The position numbers and the translations under genes are program-made. Source: Octopus sinensis (taxonomy: Eukaryota). Taken from it: a stretch of 64,000 nucleotides of DNA. The stretch's first letter is position 1. Every line of letters starts with the position of its first letter. This document shows, piece after piece, positions 52,330-64,000 of this stretch. The DNA is taken from assembly GCF_006345805.1 (NCBI RefSeq), contig NC_042998.1:115134001-115198000 (forward strand), written 5' to 3'. The notes under the pieces are model-generated. The model was not told where the DNA came from, did no database searches, and saw nothing but the letters and a program-made list of their open reading frames with translations.

Positions 52330-52497
52330 CAATCACATATATATGTGTGTGTATGAATATGTGTTTGTGTGTGTGTATATATATATATATACATATACAA
52401 TCACATATATATGTGTGTGTATGAATATGTGTTTGTGTGTGTGTATATATATATATACATATACAATCACATATATGTGTGTGTATGAATATCTATT

Positions 52498-52538
<41 letters not shown>

Positions 52539-53179
52539 TATATATACATACATACATACATACGTGTATATGTAGTCGTATGCATGTGTACGTGTATTTT
52601 GTGCCTTAAAATTTCCCTTATTTAATTTGCAATCAGGTTAGCTTAATTAGAACAAATACCATTTTGAGTAATCCAGCAGAAATACAGCTACGCACTAAAC
52701 TAAATACAATCATCGTGATTCTTTTCATCATCCACCCTACTACCTTAACCCACCCCCTATGCTCATCTGTTCACTACCATCTCACACCTCCCTCCATTTT
52801 CTCAACCTCCTCTGTCCTCTCTTACATTTTCGTTCTACTTACATTTTTACTGTATATCCTTCCTTTCCTACATTTGAAACAAAAACATTCACACATGCAA
52901 AATCTCTCTCTTTCGATATTCTTTGTCTATTTATCTGTCTAACTCATGTGTCTGTCTCTGTGTCTCCTTATCTGTCTCTTTCTTTCATATTCCACCACCT
53001 TCTACTTATATTTGGCTGTTCTTTTCTTCTTATTATTGTTTCATTTTAATCACGTCCCTAATGACGAGATAACAGACCAAAATATGTTCAATTATGGTAT
53101 TTCATATTCACTCTTTATTTCTGTAGATATATTTCTTTTCCATCCTTCATTTCTCTCTCTCGCTTGCTCTCGTTTTCTG

Positions 53180-53218
<39 letters not shown>

Positions 53219-54390
53219 CACACACACATACACACACAAATATGCATATGTGTGTGTGTGTTGTAAACAAAATAGATAAACGCTGCAGTTTTATTCTTGA
53301 GAAAACACGAAGGAACACAATAGCTCAATATGAAATCACAGAGAGATGTAGCACATAATGTATAAATTTCCTTCATCTAGTTACTGCCTTTGCGGAAGTG
53401 TCCAGGAATTTAATAGCAGCAAAGTCTCTGAAATGAAAGGTGTGCAATGTTGCCACTATTTGCCTCATGCTCTGGGAAAAGGAAACGAACATTGGATACA
53501 TTTATGTGCAAGTCAAAATTATTTCTGTCTTTCTATAGCTGTGTGGTCGTCCATAATATGCATTTGCTCAGGCAAACATATATTACACCATTGTTAACCA
53601 TTACTAAACGTCAATACGATGTGAGTACAATTACCCTTATCACTTGTTTCGTTGTTTCATATTTTATCGACCATGCTTCGAAAACGAAGTAGTTCTTTCA
53701 AACTATATTTGAAATACATCATCAGGTGTTGTAGTTGGCCATGGAATTTGTTTGTAATGCATTGCGATTTTCATTGGCTCAATATAAATCTCATTTAGGA
53801 ACTGACTATATCAACACAAAAGTTTTATCGAGTTCTCTTTAAAAATACCCACATCCTTCTCGAAGCAATCAAGCGAGGAGATAATTATGAGATTACCAAA
53901 ATAACAAAATCAATCTTGACCACATTTCACAACCATACTCATCAATGAAGTGGTTTCAGAATAGTGATATTTATGCTAAGCTTATAAATAGCTTATCGTA
54001 AACAAACCATCGTAAATAAACAACAATCCAATTATTCTTCACTTGCAGACAGGGTATGAAATTTTTGCTAAGTATTTGAAAGCGAACAGAAAATGCTCCG
54101 ATAGTTTTGCAGATCACGTGAAAAGCTACCAGAAGATTATCTCTTCAAAAATTACGACGAAAATTTGTTGATTATACTTGTATGTAAATTCCTAGATACT
54201 AACATGAAACCGTGGCACGGGAGTAACTGTAGGTGATCAGCTGTAGCGTGTGGCAACATGAAACTTTGCCTACTTCCATACCTCTGTTAAAAAAAAAAAA
54301 CAAAAGCAAAAATAAAAAGCATTGTGGGATACTGTTGAAGATCTCACAAACAGTCTGTCGAAGGTATGCATGTATCTATGCGTGTTTACA

Positions 54391-54433
<43 letters not shown>

Positions 54434-54529
54434 GCACACACACACACACATCAGTCTGTCTGTCTATCTATCTATCTATAAATATATATGCGGAATATAC
54501 CCTTCTATATCTATCAAACCATACATGCA

Positions 54530-55870
54530 GATATAACACAGACAACTTAGGTAACAGTTATGTTTCGGCCAAAGATCAACCCAGGCCATATCTAACTTAA
54601 TAGCCCACCTGGTAGGATCTGTAAGTTAGACGTCTCCAGGTATATGTGGTTTATCTGGTATCCTTTGAAGATATTTGTTCAGCTTTCGTTCGAAGGCGAT
54701 GACATTGTTTTCTTCTCTGATTTGTTTTGGTATAAAGTTAAATAGAGCAGGGCAATTTGAGAAGAAACTGTTACAGTGAATTTATGTGTTGTGCGATTGA
54801 ATTGTGTAGGGGGACGTGTCTCACGTGGCTCTAGCCAAGGATGAATTCTGAATCTGATGTTAAGGTTATCTGGGCAATGCTGGTGGTATATTCTCTACAT
54901 TGTGCAAATGATGTAGTGCTCACGGCGGCGCTGGAGAGAATACAGTTTCAATGTTTTAAGATGTTTCCAATCATTAAGATCAGTCATGCCTTTAAGCGAT
55001 CGTTCTCTGGGATGGCTGAATGTTTATGGATGTGTGGAGTGATCACAGAGGGCACCGTATTCTAGGTGCGGCCGTACATAGGAGGAGGAAGGGGGAATGG
55101 TGACATCTTGTTATGAACCATATAGACTATTTTATTGATGTGAGCACACCAGCCGATATTGTCGGATGCTGTGAGTAATTCTCCAGGCCGAAGTGAATGT
55201 TTCTTTGAGGGCATTCTTTTTTCCAATGTACATGAGTTTAAATTTTACTTCATTTAACCACATGGTGCTTGTCCTTCAATTGCCTTACAGGATGTAGGAT
55301 AGACTGGACTTAAATTCGGCCTTCTCTATTGATAATATTTTAGACATTGGAGTCGTCTGTGAATCTTTTTTTTGCTCTGTTTGATGACGCTTAAGATGTC
55401 TTTTATGTCTATGTATAAAGAGAAGTGGGCTCAAATCAGTTCCCGGATGATGGTGGTGATGGTAATGGGGTGGGGACACCATTGGTGAATTTTGCCGTGC
55501 TTGAGTGGATTCCACCGATCTCAACATGTGTTCTTTTTACAAGGAAATACTTAATCCAGTGTAGCAGTTTTCTAGTTTCCAGCATTTGACAATTTTGGCA
55601 GAAGGATATTGTGGCCGACTCTGTCGAACGCTTTGTTGAAGCCAAGATTTAAGAAATCAGAGTTCGAATCTGTTCCCAAAGCTATAAGGATTAAACTTCA
55701 CAATGAAAACCGCCCTTCTTCTGTAGTTATGATTTAGCTAGCGGAAGGAGGGAGGAACCTATAATTGTTTTAGGGGCTTTGAATAGTAAGAGGAGGGGGA
55801 ATCACAGCTAATGGATTGTCTTCAGCCCGAAGACTCCTTCTCATTGTCTGCCACATTACAAATTCCGTTA
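54530..55870 (-). mobile_element. Degenerate CR1/L2-type LINE (RT domain to 3' end)
   Basis: Minus-strand remnants LGFNKAFDRVGHNILL, LLHWIKYFL..TNGVP, GTDLSPLLFI, FTDD, YVRPHLEY, LKLYSLQRRRE, ALFNFIPK..LQRIPDKP. Confidence 0.85.
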
Positions 55871-55873
55871 GAG

Positions 55874-56125
55874 CTGTAGTTCTCAACCATTTTTTGCTCA
55901 TGCACCCCTTTGATTCTTATTTATTTCCACTGGACCCCCATAGCCTTTGGATGTTTAAAAATGTTGTATTTTATTTTCATAACTAAACATTATTAGGAAG
56001 TGTATAAAAATATTAAAATATTTTGTGCGTTGTAGAAATACAGCCGATTTATTGCCCATAAGTTTTAACAACAAAATCTTACTTGATCCTATACGGATTA
56101 TATGGATCCCGGTTGAGAAACACTT
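55874..56125. mobile_element. hAT (Charlie-like) MITE
   Basis: Termini CTGTAGTTCTCAACC ... GGTTGAGAAACACT resemble CAGTGGTTCTCAACC-type hAT TIRs; no clear TSD. Confidence 0.6.
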
Positions 56126-57418
56126 GAGAAGAAGACCTAAATAAATGTTTGACAGCCTGTATGATGGGCTAAATGTTTATTTAGCGATGAATTTATGTTC
56201 ACAAACCATCTTTATGCCCCATGCAATATTTAGTAATATAAAGGTTTCTAGAAACAACTGATGCATAAATATTCACAACTAAATATATTACTTGCAATTT
56301 ATCTTAGTTATATTTAAATATGAAGCTACAGAATTTGATTGAATTCGTGTGTTTTTAATTAACTGAGAACGTAGGAACTCATCTAAATATCACACAATTC
56401 ATTATCTAGTCCTCTGTTAATGGTTTAAATTGCAGGTATTACATGTTACGTTACAAAATATGTCACCTGCAAAAATGCTTTACATTATTTGATTTGGTGT
56501 TCAAATCATTCGAGAGACATTTAGTAGTAGTGTGTGTTATGTTTTAATGGGTCGATGAAGTATAAATCAGTAAAAAACAGACCAGTTAAATCGAGCGCCA
56601 TGTTTTCTCCTACCACCTCACAACATTTAATTTCTGCTGAGTCGACGGAAATTAAACATTTTAAACTGTATCTCTCATAGAGTTGAATTATTGAAGAAGG
56701 AAATAATACGAGATCTATATATTTTATCAATAACCAACGTAATAAACGATATGAAATACTTTTCTGTAGCGCAGGATCTTAATACAATAAGCATTTACAA
56801 TGCGTGAATTGTAAGAACAAAACGTCTTTATTTATGTATTTGATTCGAAACGTTCTCTTTGTTGGGGAATGTTCGAGAAGAATGACGAGGGAGAGGGAAG
56901 GGAAAAAAGAAAAGAAACTGAATAGATAAGATGAGAGGAAGCATTCACGAGCAACGAGATTATATGCAAAATATCCATTGTACAAGTTGTATACTTGTAT
57001 GAACTGATGCATGACTGCAATCCTTTCATTCTCACTAGTTTTCACTATTGTATTTCTCAATAGAAAATACCTCCCTTTCTTTAACGCGCACGATCTACTG
57101 ACCAAATAAACAGTAGCAGTTCTTTCACCAGCAAAGAGCAAACGGCGGGTACTTAAATAGACTCCGATATTCATTATGAATTCATCATATTATCGGCAGT
57201 AATGTATTTACTAAATTATTTATTTGGTTATTCTATTATCTACTTATTTTTATTAATTTATTTGGTTATGAATTCATATACATACTCATAGGTATGTGCA
57301 TGTATGTGTGTGTATCCGTGTGCAAGTATATATTATATCTTTGTTTATATACATATTTATTTAACAATATTCCCTAGGTTTTATATTTGTTTTGTTCATA
57401 AGCGTGTGCGTATATATA

Positions 57419-57480
<62 letters not shown>

Positions 57481-57563
57481 CACATATATATATCAAAATG
57501 TATGTGTATACATATACACATAAATGCGTACATACATACATACGTACGTACACACACACATAC

Positions 57564-57623
<60 letters not shown>

Positions 57624-57804
57624 ACTCTATTCGCTGATTGTAGAATTATTTCACCACAACCATTTGCTAATATCGCTAACGTTATTCAATGAAATTAGTT
57701 TACAATATAAAAAAATGTGACATGACCATTTATGGAACAATGAAATCAAGACAGAAAAGAAGATACTTGCTCGTACAGAATGCTTATTGTTATTATTATT
57801 ATTA

Positions 57805-57856
<52 letters not shown>

Positions 57857-58308
57857 TTCTATATCTTTATTTACTTTTCCCTTTTTTGCATGCAGTCATT
57901 TTCCTCTCTATATAATCTATATCTGTGTGTGTGAGCATGCATCTATGTATGTATGCATGTATATATGTATGCATGTATGTATTTATATATGTATGCATGT
58001 ATGTATGTATGAATGTATGTATGTATGAATGTATATTTGATACCTCTAACAATGTCGATTTTTTGTCATGAATATTAATTTCCGATCAAGCTACTAAAAA
58101 GGAATCGCATAATAATCCTCATGATGGTGGTGGCGGCGATGGTGGTGGAGACAGTAATGATGGTGGAGGTGGTGGTGAGGGTGGTGAGGGTGGATGTGGT
58201 TGCTATGATAATGATACAACAACACCAATAATAGAAAAAAAATAATAAGAAGAATAAAGATGAACCATAAGACTAGAGATAAAAATAATAAAGTTAATGA
58301 TAATAGTC

Positions 58309-58428
<120 letters not shown>

Positions 58429-58754
58429 CAACAATGATAATAACAATAAGAAGAATGGTTGATCTCTCAACGACGAAATATTTATTTGTATAAATGTACG
58501 CCGGCATGCACACAGAAGTTGTTTATTTATTTTTTTAATCATGCAGTACTCCTAACATCAGGCAGAAACATATTTACTGAAAAAGCAACGCACTCTCCTA
58601 CAAATATGTATGTATGTATCTATGTATGTATGTATGCATGTATGCATGTATGTATGTATGTATGTATGCATGCATGTGTGTATGTATGTATGTATGGATG
58701 TATGGATGTATGGATGGATGGATGGATAGATGTGTAAATATAAATATGTATACA

Positions 58755-58819
<65 letters not shown>

Positions 58820-59149
58820 GTATATATACGTGCATATATATATATAAACACATATATAGATGGACGTGCCTATGTGTGCATGTATGTACACATATCTCTG
58901 TATGCGTCAGAAAATTGTGCATTCGTATATTCGTGTACGTATATGTGTATGTGTCTGTGGACACACGGACATACACACACATATACATAAAGACCCACAC
59001 TACATACACACAGTGATATATGTCTATGCTGAGAAACGCGTGCATACAATGATAGCCAGAAATAGGATTTGCAAAGAAGGATAAAATAACGAATAGTATA
59101 CACATGCATACACACACACACACACACACACACATTTCACCACCATCAT

Positions 59150-59420
59150 CATCATCATCATCAATTAACGTCCGTTTTCCAAGCTAACATGGGTTGGACG
59201 GTTTGATTGAAAACTGGTAAGCTGACGAGCTGCACCATGTTCCAAATTCATTTGGCATGGTTTCTACGGCCGGATGCTCTTCCTAACGCCAACCACTCAA
59301 AGAGTGAAGCGGATGCTTTTTACGTGCCATCGGCACGGGTGCCAGTTACGCATCATTGGTATCGGCCACGACTACGAACTCTCTTTGCTTGACAGGTCAT
59401 CTCAAGTACGGTATAATTGC
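59150..59420 (-). mobile_element. SINE 3' portion (GGCGTTAGGAAGAGCATCC core)
   Basis: Minus strand TGGTTGGCGTTAGGAAGAGCATCCGGCCGTAGAAAC, ending in a (GAT)n tail at 59145-59162; resembles central domains of metazoan SINE superfamilies. Confidence 0.55.
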
Positions 59421-59933
59421 AAAGGTGTCGGTCACTTATTTATATGTGTGTGTGCGTGCGTGTGTATACATGCATACACAGACATATATATATGTATGTA
59501 TGTATGTATGTATATATATATATATATATATCGTTTACTCTTTTACTTGTCTCAGTCATTTGACTGTGGCTATGCTGGAGCACCGCCTTTATTCGAGCAA
59601 ATCGACCCCAGGACTTATTCTTTGTAAGCCAAGTACTTATTGTATCGGTCTCTTTTGCCGAACCGCTAAGTTACGGTGACGTAAACACACAAGCATCGAT
59701 TATGAAGCGATGTTGGGGGTACAAAGACAGACTCACAAACATATACGCACACATGCATATATATATATATATATATATACAACGGGCTTTTTTCACTTTC
59801 CGTCTACCAAATCCATTCACAAGGCTTTGGTCGGCCCGAGGCTATAGTAGAAGACACTTGCCCAAGGTAACACGCAGTGGGACTGAACCCGGATATATAT
59901 GTGTGTGTGTGTGCCTGTGTTTGCATATATATG

Positions 59934-59964
<31 letters not shown>

Positions 59965-60449
59965 ATATCATTGATTTTGTTTATCATTTACTTGTTTCAA
60001 TCAGCTGCGGGCACATAATATTTTAAGTATGTACTTATTCTATTGGAGACGTAAACACATTAGTATAGCTTGGGAAGTGGTGGTGGAGGACATATATAGA
60101 CACAAAAGCACACATATATACACCCACACTTACATACATACATACTACATATATATATATATATATAGTCTGAGAGTGACAGAGAGAAAGAGGGGGGAGA
60201 GAAAGAAGTAGAGAGAGAAAGAGAGAGAGAGGGAGAGAGAGCATGCGAGGACGGAAAGACTTCGCTGAAGAGGTAACAGATGCGTGACGAAAAATTTCCG
60301 GACAATGAACATGAGAATAAAAACACAAACAAACGAGTGAAGAACGAATATATAGTGCGTGTGTTTACTTGGTGGGAGTGGAGAGAACATCCCGAAATAC
60401 AATAATATCTGTTTCAACACACGGTTTCTTCCAACACAATTTCATAAAC

Positions 60450-60486
<37 letters not shown>

Positions 60487-60838
60487 ATATGTTATATGTA
60501 GAAAAATACAAACTGGAACAAGAACGTAAAACATTTAGAAGGCGATACAAAAAACACGGACGGGACATTCGAAGCCTTCAATCTTCAGTCAAGAGCCGGA
60601 TCATCCTAGCAATTTCGGCTGATTAATCTTGAGATCGCTCCGATCCGGCCAGCCCCAAGGAAAAACTAAGCTACGAGCATTAGATTTCTTGGAAGAAGGA
60701 TCGAATGTATACGAAACAGGGGCAGAAAAACGGACGATGCCACACGAATATAAAATACAAAAAACAATAATGTTAAAAACAGGACAAAAACAGCGAGTGT
60801 CTTACGACTAATAAACAGTACAACAAGTTTAGCTGGCG

Positions 60839-60877
<39 letters not shown>

Positions 60878-61085
60878 GCACTCCCAGATTCTCCCACCCC
60901 CTTTCCTCATCAGCCTTCTTCTTCTACTACCCTACCAAGAACTCACAACGACCTCCAACACACAAGTGCAAACAAGGGAGTAAGAGAAAGGCAGAATGGT
61001 ACTTATATCTGAACACTACTATAGAAATATTCCTTTAAAAAAAACTTTTCTTCTAATTTTTCTAAATTTAATTATTTAATCGTTA

Positions 61086-61123
61086 CAGTTGAAAAGGTCT
61101 CAAAATGACCGAAACCGGTACTG
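61086..61123 (+). ncRNA. Decayed minimal hammerhead
   Basis: CAG-[TTGAAAA, two transitions from CTGAAGA]-GGTC/GACC-GAAA-CCGG-TA-CTG; palindromic ACCGGT stem III. Confidence 0.45.
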
Positions 61124-61172
61124 AAATGTTCACTATAAAATTATTTTAGCATTTTCTATTTTTGACTTGTTT

Positions 61173-61234
<62 letters not shown>

Positions 61235-61720
61235 CGTGAATTCAAGGATATCTTAATAAAGCCAAAATTTCACTGGTATAATCTCCATCACATTAAAAGA
61301 AAATTTCTACGATGCGTTATGGATTATTATAATAGGTAAAATTAATAACGTAGGAAAATAGAGCGTTAAGGATGGATAGTTAATTTATTTGCATCATAGT
61401 TTGTTTTTACGATACAAATGCAAATAAAATTTTAATAAGCACAATAGAAAAATATAAAAAAAAATACATAGGTGTAGGAGTGGCTGTGGTGAGTAGCTTG
61501 GTTATCTCCCTTCTTCTTCTTCCTTACCCTCCTTCATTTTAGAGGTATCAAATTCTACATCCCCCTTCTTTATTTTTCCCTCCCCAAAAGGAAAGTTTTA
61601 CTTTGTATTTTGTTCCCTCTGTGTTCAGCCCTGTTTGGCCAATAAAGAAACATATCTGTCTGTCTGTCTATAAATCTATTTATTTCTTTGTTTGTCTGTG
61701 TGTCTGGTTATTTGTATAGA

Positions 61721-61814
<94 letters not shown>

Positions 61815-62443
61815 AATGTATATATTGTTTTCTTTTCTTTGCCAGTTGAATCGTTTTAGCTATTCCGAAGTTACCAGGTGAGGTAAAATTCAGCCATGAA
61901 CGCACTTTAATGCATATCTGAAACAGCCGTAAGCCTATGAATAAGTGTATGCATACCACTATTTCTGTGTTACACTCACATACACATACATCATATACTT
62001 ATGTTTTTGTACACATATATTTATACACACACATATACGTATATTTTCATATGTGCTTGGATCTGTGTGTGTGTCTGTGTGTATCTGTGAGTCTGATTGA
62101 GTGCAAGTATGTACATATGTGTGTATATATTTATACGTTCGTGCGTGTTCACTCACATATACTCGAATATTTATGTGAGTGGGGTTGGGGGAGGAGAATG
62201 TATGCGTGACTGCATGATTTAGTAAGGGTAGGAAGAGTTTAATTGATATATAGATATAGGTAGACACACAACATGGAAATGCAATACATGTTTTTGATGG
62301 CGCCGGCCCCAAATTATTGCAATGAAAAAAATTCGAGCAACAATTCGTAACACAAATAAGGTGTAAGATTGTGAGAGGTTGTGTGTACACACAAATACAT
62401 AGATAATCGTGTATGTATATATGCATGACAACAAGATATCCTG

Positions 62444-62484
<41 letters not shown>

Positions 62485-63235
62485 TGTATATATTATGTTC
62501 TTTTCTTTAAGGAGGTACACATGCAGGACTGCATAAACAGAACATAATCACATAATAGCTCACAGGCACACTCACACACACATACACACGCGCGCACTTC
62601 TATCCCCACACCAACAAACACACACGTGCGCTCATACATGCACGCTGGCGAGCGCGCGCACACGTTTACACATACACACACAATGGCATGCATACTTGCA
62701 GTTGCACTCGTTTACGTCTATATACTGAAATGATCTACGATATATACATACATTCTCATACACATATATCCATATATCTTTTACCTTTTGTTTTGCTTTC
62801 TTCGGTCATTAAACAGCGGCGATGCTGGAGCACCACCTTAAAGACATTTTATTCGAAAGAATTGACTCCAGTACTTTTTGTTTTGGTATTTTTCCAGTCT
62901 CTTACTCGTTCCATTGTCCGCTTTTGCCGAAATTCTAAGTCAAGGGACGTAAACAGACCCACTCCAATCGATCAGTGGTGGAATACAAACACATATACAA
63001 GGATATACACATACATATACGCACATACATACATACACTCACATCCACACGCACACGCACAAACATACAAATGATTTCTTTCAGTTTCCGTCAACCAAAT
63101 CCACTGACACAGCTTTGATCCGCCCGAGGTACTTGTAGATTTTCTCCTCCGAAGGGACTGAACCGCTTTGAGACTGAATTCTGTACCATGTGGTTAAAAA
63201 GTGACATCTATCACACAGCAGTACATGCACTTGTA

Positions 63236-63277
<42 letters not shown>

Positions 63278-64000
63278 CTGTTCATAACATCGATAACACC
63301 AACTGCTTTAACAACAGCAGCAAACATAAGAACATTTGTAGAACAAAGAACAATGACATCTTATTCGAAGAGGCTCACAAAATCAGAAGAAACAGCAAAT
63401 CTTGTATTCTTTTCTACTCTAGGCACAAGGCCCAAAATTTTTGCGGAGCGAGGACCAGTTGATTAGATTGACCTCAGTACGCAACTGCTAATTAATTTGC
63501 CGACTCCGAAAGGATGAAAGGTAAAGTCGACCGCGGCGGAATTTGAACTCAGAACGTAAAGACAGACGAAATACTGCTAAGTATTTCGCCCCGCGTGCTA
63601 AGGTTTCTGCCAGCAAATCTTGTATTAACCCCAACCCCACCATTTGTGCTGCACTACTACTATTGATACTAGCATCACCACCACCACCACCACCAGCGCC
63701 ACCTCTGCCAAGACACCTACCACCACTACCAGAAATACGTGAAGTATTTTGTCCAATGAGCTAATGTTTCTTTCAGCTCACCATCCTGGAGAATGGGAAT
63801 TATCTTTCTTCGATATCTCGTGCGGGTTCTGTTTGTATTTTTTCTAAATGTACTGAATATTAACACGAGACGATAGTTATGTCATCATATTTAAACATAT
63901 TATACTTAGTACATAATCCTATTGCAGATGAGATCCTGTCTACTGTTTAAGGAAAAGAACGCAAATGGCAAAATAAATGTTATTGCCCAGAATGTAATAT

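Noticed and set aside
54550-54600. GGCC...GGCC-GAAAC hairpin at the LINE 3' end resembling a hammerhead half
   Set aside because: No CUGANGA core upstream; better explained as a LINE 3' UTR stem-loop.
56428-56472. Pre-miRNA-like hairpin TTGCAGGT...ACCTGCAA
   Set aside because: Too short and poorly paired for a miRNA precursor.

Overview
AT-rich, microsatellite-saturated intergenic/intronic DNA, most likely from a coleoid cephalopod (Octopus-like, inferred from the SINE families and repeat landscape). No intact host protein-coding gene is supportable; nearly all ORFs in the supplied track are translations of simple repeats. Recognisable content: many tRNA-derived SINEs (CORE-like and Nin/Deu-like), a full-length but dead DD37D (maT) Tc1/mariner element, mariner- and hAT-derived MITE/foldback relics, CR1/L2-type LINE fragments, an R4/Dong-type RLE LINE fragment, and Penelope-like (RT + GIY-YIG) relics. 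The standout is a ~5-kb array (31974-37040) of a ~480-bp non-coding monomer in which every full unit carries a type I hammerhead ribozyme fold. The array is split into two oppositely oriented blocks whose junction falls within 1 nt of the predicted self-cleavage site and shows twin-priming geometry, which suggests a retrozyme-like circular/multimeric RNA retroelement. At least five further solo hammerhead or hammerhead-variant motifs, plus decayed ones, are scattered through the window. All folds were paired by eye and none is experimentally tested.
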